The position numbers were made by a program, and so were the translations under genes. Positions 1-12,682 of a stretch of 64,000 bases of DNA are shown here, one piece after another (the first letter of the stretch is position 1; each line of letters begins with the position of its first letter). Below the pieces are notes generated by a model that ran no database searches, was not told where the DNA came from, and saw nothing but the letters and a program-made list of their open reading frames with translations. This DNA is from Octopus bimaculoides (Eukaryota). The DNA lies in contig NC_068997.1 in assembly GCF_001194135.2 (NCBI RefSeq), positions 40,485,876-40,549,875 on the forward strand, written 5' to 3'.

Positions 1-34
1 TCTTATAAAGTCTTTATCCTAATATTGTATATAT

Positions 35-36
<2 letters not shown>

Positions 37-92
<56 letters not shown>

Positions 93-500
93 ATACACAC
101 ACACACACAACACACATTAATGTGTGTGTATGCAGGTACGTGTGTTTAATTGTGCAAGTACGAGGCGGATCAGAAAACGATTGTTTCACTAAACAGCTGA
201 TGTCCAAACTATCAGAGGCAGAGAATGGATCTTACCTGAAATGCTTTGTGCCGAACACATACAACACGCACGCATATATATATATTTGCTTTCACGCATC
301 TACACATACACACACAACACACACAAATATATATGTGTCTGTGTGTATAGATATGTATATGCGTGTGTGTGTGTGGGGGGGGGTGTATTTGCATGGATGT
401 ACAAGTATGTAGAGATGTAATATATATATATATATANNNNNNNNNNACATACATACATACATGCATATACTTATGCTTGTATGTACTTATGTAAGTATGT
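37..500. repeat. Compound dinucleotide microsatellite cluster (GT/CA/TA)
   Basis: Direct reading: (GT)n, (CA)n and (TA)n runs. The overlapping ORFs are translated repeats (CVCV/THTH). Confidence 0.95.
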
Positions 501-2165
501 GTATGTTCATATAACGACGACTTTATAGAAAAAGGAGAGAGATGTTTATATATAAATAAATATACAGTGAGATGATTTCGACAACTCAATAAATATATAT
601 GAGAGTGATGTCTACGGCTATTTATTCCTCTTTAGCAATCCAAAACTGGGTGTTGTACGAAGTAATTTCCAGTCAGATTGCTCATTGAGTATGCACTAAT
701 TATACTGGCGATGATCAACAGTGGTGTGCAGCGAACATTTACCGTTTATTTTCACTCTAAAGAGAATTTTAATTAATATTTATTTTAGATAAAATTCCAC
801 TTCAAAAGGAAGAAAGAAAAGCAAGAACGACAGACGGGAAGAAGGCAAGCGGTGAATGAGAATGAAAAAGGTAAAAAGAAAGATGAGAGAAAGACAGAAA
901 GAGTGGAAGAATGACAGAAAGTAGGTAACGCAGATAGAAAGAGAGAAAAAAATATATAAATAACTGAACTGAATAAAAACAATTCAAAGGAAAAAAACGG
1001 AATATAAATGAAGAAAGAAGAGAGGAAGATTGTAAAGACAGCAGCATATCTCACTCAAGTATTTAACAAACATTAAAATAAAACATCAAACAAAGCAAAA
1101 ACAGATAAATATAGAAATTTTCTGGTTTTTAAATTCTGTAATTATCCTATTAAAACTTGTTNNNNNNNNNNNNNNNNNNNNNNNNNNNNNNNNNNNNNNN
1201 NNNNNNNNNNNNNNNNNNNNNNNNNNNNNNNNNNNNNNNNNNNNNNNNNNNNNNNNNNNNNNNNNNNNNNNNNNNNNNNNNNNNNNNNNNNNNNNNNNNN
1301 NNNNNNNNNNNNNNNNNNNNNNNNNNNNNNNNNNNNNNNNNNNNNNNNNNNNNNNNNNNNNNNNNNNNNNNNNNNNNNNNNNNNNNNNNNNNNNNNNNNN
1401 NNNNNNNNNNNNNNNNNNNNNNNNNNNNNNNNNNNNNNNNNNNNNNNNNNNNNNNNNNNNNNNNNNNNNNNNNNNNNNNNNNNNNNNNNNNNNNNNNNNN
1501 NNNNNNNNNNNNNNNNNNNNNNNNNNNNNNNNNNNNNNNNNNNNNNNNNNNNNNNNNNNNNNNNNNNNNNNNNNNNNNNNNNNNNNNNNNNNNNNNNNNN
1601 NNNNNNNNNNNNNNNNNNNNNNNNNNNNNNNNNNNNNNNNNNNNNNNNNNNNNNNNNNNNNNNNNNNNNNNNNNNNNNNNNNNNNNNNNNNNNNNNNNNN
1701 NNGGGGGGGGGGTGTATGCGAGCGCGTACGTGTGTGTGAATGTGTGTGTGTATTTATGAGTTTTTGAATGTGTCTATATGAATGTGAGGCTGTGTATTCA
1801 TCAGAAACGCGAACAATTAATTGGTACAGCGTGAAATGACAATCTCTGTGATTATTGTTCTATAAGTAGAGAAAGTGATGATGGTACCATCATAATATAT
1901 CGCTATTGATCGTATCTGGACGTCTGTATGAAAGGCCTCTCTCTCTGTATGTGTGTGCGTGCATGCGTATGTGTAAGAGAATGTGTGTATGAGTGTGCGT
2001 GTGAGCGTGTGCGTGTGCTTGTGCGCGTGTTCATGTGTAAGAGAATGTGTGTATGTATGTGTGTAGTTGTGTGTGTGTGTGTTAGTGTGCGTGTGTGCGT
2101 ATGTGCGTGTATGTGTAAGGGAATGTGTATATGCGTGTATGTGCGTGTGTGTGTGATGCCATGGC

Positions 2166-2200
<35 letters not shown>

Positions 2201-2312
2201 AAACAAGTAGAAGATCGAGATGACCATCTGAACTAGATGAGAAAACAGCTTGCGGCGGCAGTCGACCTTAGCAAGAAGAGATGAAGGCGCCTAACGCAAT
2301 GACGAAGACACA

Positions 2313-2352
<40 letters not shown>

Positions 2353-3393
2353 GACAGTGAGAGAGAAACAGACAGTGAGAGAGAAACAGACAGTGAGAGA
2401 CAGTGAGAGGAAATATCTTATTAATAATATTATGTGAATGTCGGAGTAGAATACAAACCCTCTGAAATGATTTGCTTCAAGGTTCAAAACCGACGTATAT
2501 CGTGTGAATCTTTCAATCTGGTATTTCAAAAATTACTCCTGAATATCTTAGAGATTTGGGGTATGCTAGGATATGAACTTACTTCTGGTGTACCTTTAGC
2601 TTGTTTTATTGCCTATGACAGATCCAATTGCTTTATTTTAGAGGGAAGCTAATCAGCTGACCACGTTGTTTAGGTGTTTAGACAGCTATCCTGAGAATTG
2701 ACGGATCGTATCCTTCTGCTGTGCTGTGTCAATAACTAAAACATAAACTCTTGGTAAGCCCTGTTCATCTAGCTTAAAGTGGGTACTGAGAGATTTCCTT
2801 GTTTAATTGTTTAATTTATTGTTTAATTAAACAATTAAACAGTATACATCTTTTGCAAAACACGCCAGCACACACATACACACACACATCACTCATACAT
2901 AAATATTGTCTAATTAACGATGATCTCTCAATGGCACAAATATGCAAATAACACTATACTATCTACTACGGTATTAGTCTAATTTATCGCTGCTTTGTAT
3001 AATAGCTGTATATTTTTTGCTATTGATTGGGGAGGGGAAACTGAGTAGATCATCGACGAAGAATGATCAACAAACTGTTGACGGGTTTCTGCTCATCAAA
3101 AGCATATGATCACTTACATTCCATTCATGACTATCACGTTTTCTGGGAATGATATCTAGCCTACGTTGCTCAATAAGTGTTCTTTTTTCAGACGGTGTAT
3201 GGTGAATTGAGGACCGTATGGCTGGTGTTATTTCTGGTAGATTGGTCTACCACACACTGGTCTTTCCCGAAGTTACAATTCTTAATTCACCGTTCCAGTC
3301 ACAACTGCGATATGTGACGTATCGTGACGGTAACCAATGGAATATTATAATAGTGGTATAAAAAGACTTGTGAGTTGACATCCGTCCTGATAT

Positions 3394-3394
<1 letters not shown>

Positions 3395-3448
<54 letters not shown>

Positions 3449-3474
3449 ATAAAAAAGTAGATAGATAGATAGAT
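3395..3474. repeat. (GATA)n tetranucleotide microsatellite
   Basis: Direct reading; abuts the 3' end of the minus-strand Tx1-like fragment. Confidence 0.95.
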
Positions 3475-3477
3475 ACA

Positions 3478-4022
3478 TTTCTTTTATTAGCCACACAGGG
3501 CTCAACGAAGATGGGACAAATACAATGTAGAGCTTTTCTTTTGGGGAGGGGGAAGGNNNNNNNNNNNNNNNNNNNNNNNNNNNNNNNNNNNNNNNNNNNN
3601 NNNNNNNNNNNNNNNNNNNNNNNNNNNNNNNNNNNNNNNNNNNNNNNNNNNNNNNNNNNNNNNNNNNNNNNNNNNNNNNNNNNNNNNNNNNNNNNNNNNN
3701 NNNNNNNNNNNNNNNNNNNNNNNNNNNNNNNNNNNNNNNNNNNNNNNNNNNNNGGGCGATCAATAGGGATCGTGTATCACACAGTAATGTTCTCGTGTAA
3801 AAGGAGGGGAGGACAGTTTAGGTTAGGCCGTGGAAAGAAAAGCCTACGGAAAAGACCACGGTAACCTTGGTCAATATTCTCATTGAAGAAACTATAACAG
3901 TAAGTGATTCTCTTTTGCCTTTTTGTTTTCTTTTTTTTTCTTGGATTTTTTTTTTTTAGTTGATAGGGTTATACTCAAGATGGCTCCGTCGTTCACACGT
4001 GCCATCCTTGCTACATTCACCC

Positions 4023-4023
<1 letters not shown>
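3478..4023 (-). mobile_element. 5'-truncated Tx1/L1-clade LINE 3' end (ORF2 C-terminus plus 3' UTR), partly in a gap
   Basis: The minus strand encodes WVNVARMARVNDGAILSITL, which resembles the extreme C-terminus of Tx1-like ORF2 (recalled). A 3' UTR follows, ending ...GCCCTGTGTGGCTAATAAAAGAAA with a poly(A) signal and running into (TATC)n. Confidence 0.65.

Positions 4024-4074
<51 letters not shown>
4024..4074. repeat. (GATA)n microsatellite
   Basis: Direct reading; same orientation as the 3395-3474 array. Confidence 0.95.
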
Positions 4075-4075
<1 letters not shown>

Positions 4076-4517
4076 ATCATACATACATGCATGCATGCAT
4101 AAAACTTACATACATATATAGTTACATTCATATATATATACACGCATATATAGAGAGAGACAGAGAAAGAGAGAGGAGAGAGGGAGGAGAGAGAGAGAAG
4201 GTGGGAAGGAGGATAGAAAAATAGATACAAATTCTTATATGTACACATAGATGACTAATATATTTCTTATGTATATATTTAGACTTACACGCATACATAC
4301 ATATGCATACATTTGTGTGCGCGCATGTGTATATGTCTAAGTATGTTTGTGTGTCTGAGTGAGCGTGTGTGTGTGTGCGTATGTGTGCGTATGTGTGCTT
4401 GTGTGTATGCAAGTAGTCGCACCGGTAAACGATCGATATATTTCACAATTGTCTTCAAATACTGTAGAATAAGATTCAAACGGTAAGATCAAAAGTCCAA
4501 TAAAAAATCCTGCTTCT

Positions 4518-4590
4518 GGGAGAGGAATCAAGTTTTCGTTTCATCCTTCTGGGATCGATAAAATAAAGTACCAATCACGTACTGAGATCG
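4518..4590 (+). mobile_element. Degenerate SINE fragment (family with TTTCATCCTTTCGGGGTCGATAAAATAAGTACC core)
   Basis: TTTCATCCTTCTGGGATCGATAAAATAAAGTACC matches the copies at 22.4, 36.9, 42.3 and 43.0 kb. Confidence 0.6.
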
Positions 4591-6573
4591 ATTTACATGC
4601 GACCTAGTTGTCATCTGAATTATAATGGAAGACAAGACAAAGAATATTATTACATAATAACACATCTTTGAGATGTTGCTTTGTAATATCAGAGCCGTTT
4701 TCCCTATCCATTCCACACGAAGTTGTAACTGTCACATCGATAGCCTTATGCAAATTTTGTATATGCTATGAAATAAGTTGCTCCAAATTTACTTTAACTC
4801 TGTGTTATATGAAACCTAGAAAGCAGAGAATTCAGTTGAAAGACTGCGTTGGTGAAATAATGTTGTAAATAATGTTATGAATTAATGTTATATAAAATTA
4901 TAAATAAAATCATATTGTAATCGATGTATTGAGTTTTGTGGAAAGGAAAATGTTATAAACGTTTCAGGTAGAAGACCTTTGTCAAGATTATGGAAAGGCA
5001 TAAAATGGAAGAGGGAAAACGCTAGTGCCAGTGTGTTATTTCTACACACAGACACAATTGAAGATAATGGTAATGTATATGGATTTATAGCTAGGCTAAA
5101 ACATGCAAATAATTTTGAATAATCTGAAATCCAGAAACTATGAAATACAGTTCAAAGTTTGCGTCTATGCCTGCGTCAGTGCAAGTGATCCAATGAAGGA
5201 AGATTATAAAATAAAATTTCAGTTCCTTTACCTTTTAGCAGACATAGTATCGGCCGTTCTCTCGTTTTGGTGAAAAACTGGAGATAGGAATTACGACCAA
5301 TAATAGCAATTATTGTATCATATCTCTTAGGAGAATAAATAATTGCTTCTTGTTGAATCTCTAAGGTAGAAAGTCTTAGTTGTTAAATAATATCTGTATT
5401 GCTTTGTTTGAACGGAATGGGTCTTTTGACTTGGTTATGCAATATTCTTAAAATAACAATTTCCTTTAACTCTTCATTCAGATCACCTCGTCGAGTAGAA
5501 ACATAGCTGTTTGTTCCATCCGAAGACATTACAAATGAATGGTATCGAGTATTCCAACCAAATACATGGTGTTCAGCTCTAAATTAATGAAAACCTTATT
5601 GTGAATGTCTGCTAGTTAATATTTTAGCCTGAACACAGCAAAGTTGCCTGATTAAAAATGAAGCAGAACTAATCGTCATGTCCAGTTTTATGTTATTGTC
5701 TAATAAATTTCGTCCTACTTCAGGGAGAATATTACTTGATACGAGTAAATAATGACCTCATTCACAAATGATATTCACATTCTGGGTGGCAATTTAGCTG
5801 AAGCTTTGATTCTGGACATTACTATCTTAGTGTATTATACTAATATTTCTACTTTCCGGTCTATTTAACAATATGATCGCTAGACGTTCAATATTGATTT
5901 CTTACATTGACACAACGAGGTGCTCTAGCAATAATTTACAAAACAGCATAGTTAACAGAGACAAATCATATTATGAATGACAATTAGCAAGCTCTGAATA
6001 CGTGAACTTTTAAGGAAAGGTTCGCAATAGTTAGCGGGAGATGGGAAGGCGTCTTCTGAAAATGATGACGCAGTTGTTTTCTCTGTTGTGTAAGGTTATT
6101 GGTGTAAAGTTCGTTATACAGTTTTTATAAACATTGTCTACGTATATATCAATAATTGTATGTTTGTATGATAATGTGTTTAGACAGGGAATAGGCGAAT
6201 AGGTCTTTTTATTCAAGTGTTTCACTGGTAAAAGTATAAGAACTCGACAGTCAATTTTGTTCTTATTCTTTTGTATATTTCATATATTTATATATTTTTG
6301 CTTACTTTGATGCACACTACAATTTATTACTGAAGCTAGTTAAATAAAACGAGATCTCTATGGTCCAACAAGGGGAAGTGGCATTTACATGATCGCTAGA
6401 TCTTCGGGAAACAACCAGCTAATTCTCCATCACATTATTTTGTATTGCCGTAAAAAGTGGACACCTTGGTTAATGTAGTCCTAGATACATTAAGCTTGAA
6501 AAAAAGTTACTGATATCCACTTCGATAACTTCATGCAGCATAGCATGGATTTGACAGACTAGTTTCCTTAGCG

Positions 6574-6578
6574 AGGAC

Positions 6579-6667
<89 letters not shown>

Positions 6668-6806
6668 CTCTCATTTTCTCTTTCTCTCTTTCTATAGCAC
6701 TCACGCGCGCACACACACGCACACACACGCACACACACACGCACGCGCGCACACACGCACACACACATGCACACACACACATGCACGCACACTGACGCGC
6801 ACACAT
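6574..6806. repeat. (TC)n followed by (CA/CG)n microsatellite
   Basis: Direct reading. Confidence 0.9.
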
Positions 6807-8194
6807 AATCTCACATGCTAGTGGGAACTAATATTAGACGAAAGCCTTGTGTTCAGAAGAAGAGTGAAGCGGAAATTATCGATGGTGCTCCCATTGTTTG
6901 TGACTTTCCTCGGCACCGCCTCACTTCTTGCCCAACGTAGCTCAGAGTATTTCTAATCTGCTGTCATGGAATGAACGTCAGCAAAAAGTGGAGTATGCAA
7001 GTATGGTTTGTATTTCCATATTGTTCGTGAGGCATTTTATCCAATCCCTCGCTCAACCACTCATCACCAATAAAATCCCTGATACCGTGAGTTGCTTTTT
7101 GCATCACTCCACACTTTTTGCACATAGTGGTGGCAAGCCATTGAGATAGGCACCAAAATAATCATGAATAATTTTATAGACATTACCAAGACTAAGTGGA
7201 ATATCGTTTGAGGTTAATCACGCGGCCATTTTGATTCGTGACACTTGTACAACAGTTTTGAATTAATCAATCCATTTGGTGACAGTCCAGAGCTGCAAAA
7301 CACAGTTCCAATACTATGTTTTACTGCTTTCAATGGATATTGTCCCTTCAATCATCTATAATCCATAGAAAATGAATCAGTGTATGTCGCACTTCTTTAG
7401 AGCAAGCAAGAAAGACGGCCATATTTAACAGAGCTTCAGATTTTATTACTCAGCGGGCAGAAAAAAGCCTTGATCTCCTTTCAAATCTTGTCAAACCCAA
7501 ATCAGGAACAGAATATTCGCTTTCTTTCCAAGAGATTGAACGAAAAGAGAGTTAAACTGGTCTAATTTGCACAACACTACATGCAATAACAATGTGAATA
7601 CATAAATAAATTAGTTAATTAATTGTGCACTACATAGCATCGTTTATGCTTTACATTCTAGATTATTAAAAACTGATGTGCGTGGTAGAATTAATTAATT
7701 AATTTAGCCACATTGTTGGCGCCTTCAAGATAATAGACAGTAGACAAAATAGTTTCGCTCCGTTCGAATTTATATGTACTATAAATAGCTGTAATCTTAT
7801 AATTTCTCCGCGAATATTGAGTATCATTAATCGGATGGAGGCATCACAAAATGAGAATCTTGAGAGTTCGATCCTCATTGTTTTACCCCCCTGGAGAAAT
7901 ACAAACTATGGTGTAACCACTTCTTTTTTTCACAAGAGGCTAATTTTTATACTATTGCAACATAAAGCCTACAAAAAAATTATAGATATGAGCATATATA
8001 AATACTAAAATACATACACAAGCATGTGTATATACGTATGCTGTTGTGGCAGACGCCCCCAGGTGAGAAGTGGGCTGGTCCACTACTAATAAATAGTGGA
8101 CCCACTCAGTAAGTCGGGTCAGTCAGCGAGGTATGTTGTTCGGGCTAGTCACGCAGACGACGAAGTTGCGTCGTTATAATGCGTGACATATCAG

Positions 8195-8207
8195 TGGCGA
8201 CGAAGAT
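8195..8207 (+). promoter_or_regulatory. Primer-binding site, complementary to the tRNA-Ser(GCU) 3' end
   Basis: TGGCGACGAAGAT versus the reverse complement of ...ATCCTCGTCGCCA (TGGCGACGAGGAT): 12 of 13 match. It sits 1 nt after the LTR-terminal CA. Confidence 0.7.
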
Positions 8208-8884
8208 TCGGAGCTCGCGCAGTGGAAAAATGTTAAAAATCCCGAGGTGGGATTTGAACTACACACAGTGAAAAGTATATTTAAAAAAAGATTCTGAAGA
8301 AAAAAAATTCAGATAAAACTGGAACTCTAACACAGAACTGAACTAAACACAGTGAAAAATAATATAAGTCCGTTCAAAGGACTTTTGTGGAGCAAAAAAG
8401 AAAAATAATAATAATAATAAGTCTGTGCGAAGGATTTAACTCAGGTCGCTATATGTTAATAGCGCTACCGGTAAACATTGTAGACTGGTACTACCTGCGG
8501 CATTTTGAAAACAAAAATATGGTTCTGTGTGGAATAAAAATAAAATAATGATAATAATAATAATAATAATAATAATAAGTCCGTTCGAAGGATTTTAGTC
8601 AGGTTGCTATATGTTAATAGCGCTAGTGGTAAACAAAGTAGACTGGTACTACCTGCAGCATTTTGAATATGTATATAATTCTGTGTGGAACAAGAAAAGT
8701 CTAAATGAGAAGAGAAAAATAATTCTGGTTAGAAGAAATAGAAAAGAAAAGAAATAATAATGTGGTGTTGACAGAGTGAAAAATATATATCTAACTCTGT
8801 GTGGAACAAAAAAAATCTAAATAATTCTAACTAGAAGAAAAAGAAATGAAATATATATATAATGTGTTGAAAGAAAAAAAACTT

Positions 8885-8896
8885 AAAGTGGGGAGG
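8885..8896 (+). promoter_or_regulatory. Polypurine tract of the LTR element
   Basis: AAAGTGGGGAGG directly abuts the TG of the 3' LTR. Confidence 0.7.
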
Positions 8897-11217
8897 TGTT
8901 GTGGCGGACGCCTCCAGGTGAGAATTGGGCTGGTCCACTACAAATAAATAGTGGACAGACTCAGTAATTAGGGTAAGTCAGCGAGGTATATATATATATA
9001 TATATATACCAAGAACGGGGACAAGGGGTTAAAACACGTGAAACCAGATAAAAACGGAACAAGCAAAAATTTAGCCTACATCAGCTTTGTGTGAAGGAAA
9101 CCTTGCAGTTCCAACAGGTTTAGATAGATTTGATACGTTAATGGCGTTAAAAAGACATTGGATATGTTTGTTGGGTAATTAATGGAGACGCGATGGCAAA
9201 GAAGGTGAAACTAAAAGTGAGAGCTTTGCGATTGGGATGAGGGAAAAGCAAGGTGTGAGGAAAAAAAGTATGCTTGAGACTAGCGACAAGAATAAGTGGA
9301 GAAAACAAAAAACCAAAACCTGTGTCTGTTGATGGTGAACGTAAATATAAGGATGAATTAACGAGATAAAATAATAGAATAACACAAGGTAACTTGTACA
9401 ACGCAGAAGAATGCTTGGACGTTATCTTTAAACAAGTAATGTTCGTTTGGTGAGCTAAACGGTAAAACAGAATCATCGGTACAGTGGATGCAGGGAAAGC
9501 TGAAAACGAAGGGGAGCAGAGAACACAGGGGATACATAGTAGTGGGGTGGGGGGAAGGAAAAAAGTAGAGGATAGAAAGAAAATAGAAAGAAAAGAGAAA
9601 GAGAGAGAGAGAGAGAGAGAGGGAATGGAAATATATATGTGTTTAGTTGCTTTTGCGTGTATACGTATGGGAGTGTATATACATATACACAAATATACAT
9701 ACACACACACACACACACACATATATACATATATATGCATACATATATATTTATATATATATNNNNNNNNNNNNNNNNNNNNNNNNNNNNNNNNNNNNNN
9801 NNNNNNNNNNNNNNNNNNNNNNNNNNNNNNNNNNNNNNNNNNNNNNNNNNNNNNNNNNNNNNNNNNNNNNNNNNNNNNNNNNNNNNNNNNNNNNNNNNNN
9901 NNNNNNNNNNNNNNNNNNNNNNNNNNNNNNNNNNNNNNNNNNNNNNNNNNNNNNNNNNNNNNNNNNNNNNNNNNNNNNNNNNNNNNNNNNNNNNNNNNNN
10001 NNNNNNNNNNNNNNNNNNNNNNNNNNNNNNNNNNNNNNNNNNNNNNNNNNNNNNNNNNNNNNNNNNNNNNNNNNNNNNNNNNNNNNNNNNNNNNNNNNNN
10101 NNNNNNNNNNNNNNNNNNNNNNNNNNNNNNNNNNNNNNNNNNNNNNNNNNNNNNNNNNNNNNNNNNNNNNNNNNNNNNNNNNNNNNNNNNNNNNNNNNNN
10201 NNNNNNNNNNNNNNNNNNNNNNNNNNNNNNNNNNNNNNNNNNNNNNNNNNNNNNNNNNNNNNNNNNNNNNNNNNNNNNNNNNNNNNNNNNNNNNNNNNNN
10301 NNNNNNNNNNNNNNNNNNNNNNNNNNNNNNNNNNNNNNNNNNNNNNNNNNNNNNNNNNNNNNNNNNNNNNNNNNNNNNNNNNNNNNNNNNNNNNNNNNNN
10401 NNNNNNNNNNNNNNNNNNNNNNNNNNNNNNNNNNNNNNNNNNNNNNNNNNNNNNNNNNNNNNNNNNNNNNNNNNNNNNNNNNNNNNNNNNNNNNNNNNNN
10501 NNNNNNNNNNNNNNNNNNNNNNNNNNNNNNNNNNNNNNNNNNNNNNNNNNNNNNNNNNNNNNNNNNNNNNNGTGTGTGTGTGTGTGTGTGTGTGAGTGTA
10601 TGCCTGCGCGGGTTTTGCTTCTGTGTGGATTGCACGCCAAATCAGTCACCGAGAAATCTTACAATTCTTCAAACGTCTACTCAACGGATTACGTTTGAAG
10701 ATTAACGTCTCCCCCATCGTTCCATCTCTCTGTTATCTTTCTTTCCCCCACCTCCTCTTCCTGCTTGCTTTACTTGGAAACCTTATCTTCTCTATGGTTA
10801 CACGTATCGATCTCCTGGCCAGCTACCTAAGTCGACACTACTGCCAACACAGAGTAGCAAGCACTTAAACATTGACCCTTCTAGCTGCAATTCACCTTTT
10901 CTTTTGTCGTGTATTCGCTCTCCATGAACCTCGCTGCTGCAGCCAACGCTGAGGCCTACACATATTTCTATTTCAATCTTTCTTTGGAACAATTTCAGAC
11001 TATATTAACTCCTCTGTAATCGATTTGTTTTTCTTTTGCTTCTTTAGAACTCTGTCCGTGACGGTCATGCCGTAACCGCATCGAACTGTTACATAGATTA
11101 AAGGCTAACACATCTATTCCATCAGCACAGATTACGATAAGAAACACAACTGGTGGCCTCACTCACACACGCATACATACGCATGTATGTATGTATATAT
11201 GTATGTATGCATGTATG

Positions 11218-11275
<58 letters not shown>

Positions 11276-11289
11276 TGTATGTGTGTGTA

Positions 11290-11355
<66 letters not shown>

Positions 11356-12228
11356 TACATGCATGCTTATGTACGCATATATATATACATAAGTGTGTGT
11401 ATAGATAAATTCATACACACATACATGTACATTTGGGTATTTGTATGTGCGTGTATGTATATATGTATATATATGTATGTGCCTGTGTATGTCTCTGTCT
11501 GTCTGTCACTCTATCTATATAGTATATATTATATGTATATATACACAACAAAATCTCACTCTCTCTTTCTCTCTCTCTATANNNNNNNNNNNNNNNNNNN
11601 NNNNNNNNNNNNNNNNNNNNNNNNNNNNNNNNNNNNNNNNNNNNNNNNNNNNNNNNNNNNNNNNNNNNNNNNNNNNNNNNNNNNNNNNNNNNNNNNNNNN
11701 NNNNNNNNNNNNNNNNNNNNNNNNNNNNNNNNNNNNNNNNNNNNNNNNNNNNNNNNNNNNNNNNNNNNNNNNNNNNNNNNNNNNNNNNNNNNNNNNNNNN
11801 NNNNNNNNNNNNNNNNNNNNNNNNNNNNNNNNNNNNNNNNNNNNNNNNNNNNNNNNNNNNNNNNNNNNNNNNNNNNNNNNNNNNNNNNNNNNNNNNNNNN
11901 NNNNNNNNNNNNNNNNNNNNNNNNNNNNNNNNNNNNNNNNNNNNNNNNNNNNNNNNNNNNNNNNNNNNNNNNNNNNNNNNNNNNNNNNNNNNNNNNNNNN
12001 NNNNNNNNNNNNNNNNNNNNNATATATATATATATATATATACATACATACATACATACATACATACATACATACATACATACATACATACATACATACA
12101 TACATGCAGGGGAAAAGTAGACTGACTTCCAATTTCGATGCTGACTAACTACGTCATATTGTACCACTATGCATCCATAATACACTAACACTATTGTAAG
12201 TAAATGTTGGCGGCTACAGTATATGCGT

Positions 12229-12317
<89 letters not shown>

Positions 12318-12334
12318 TGTGTGAGTGTGTGTGT

Positions 12335-12649
12335 TCAATTTTTCAATTATTATAAATCTTCCACTGAAGAGGGACCCGGTTTTCAACAAAGATACAAGGC
12401 TCTATCTTTGGGATGTAGTTAGCACAGACAAATTCACATCTGGAACTTGACAAAAGTCTTGCATATTTTTACTGTTTCACTCAAAGATTGCACCTGTAAT
12501 GCACGAATAAGGCTGTCGATTTCTCTTTCTGAAAATCCCAGTTTATTCAGAATCTCCTTCAAGCATTTACTAACAAAGGCTAGTGCTCCAATTATTATTG
12601 GTGTGAATATGAATTCATATAGAAGCTGGAGGTTTCGAAGCAGTTGTCC

Positions 12650-12652
<3 letters not shown>
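12335..12652 (-). mobile_element. R4/Dong-like RLE non-LTR retrotransposon, 3' end fragment
   Basis: The minus frame reads YGQLLRNLQLLYEFIFTPIIIGALAFVSKCLKEILNKLGFSEREIDSLIRALQVQSLSETVKICKTFVKFQM*. This is typical of the post-PD-(D/E)xK C-terminus (PIIIGALG...TVKICKTF). A ~100-nt 3' UTR follows. Confidence 0.7.

Positions 12653-12682
<30 letters not shown>

Larger units (their letters stand above)
8042..8989 (+). mobile_element. Non-autonomous miniature LTR retrotransposon (TRIM-like): 5' LTR, PBS, non-coding interior, PPT, truncated 3' LTR
   Basis: Direct repeats start TGTTGTGGC at 8042 and 8897 (84 of 93 nt identical by manual alignment). The 5' LTR ends ...TCA at 8193, followed by PBS TGGCGACGAAGAT. 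A polypurine tract AAAGTGGGGAGG lies immediately before the second repeat. The interior has no ORF. Confidence 0.8.

Noticed and set aside
6882-6956. Signal-peptide-like mini-ORF MVLPLFVTFLGTASLLAQRSSEYF
   Set aside because: Only 24 codons, weak donor sites and no downstream exon; likely chance.
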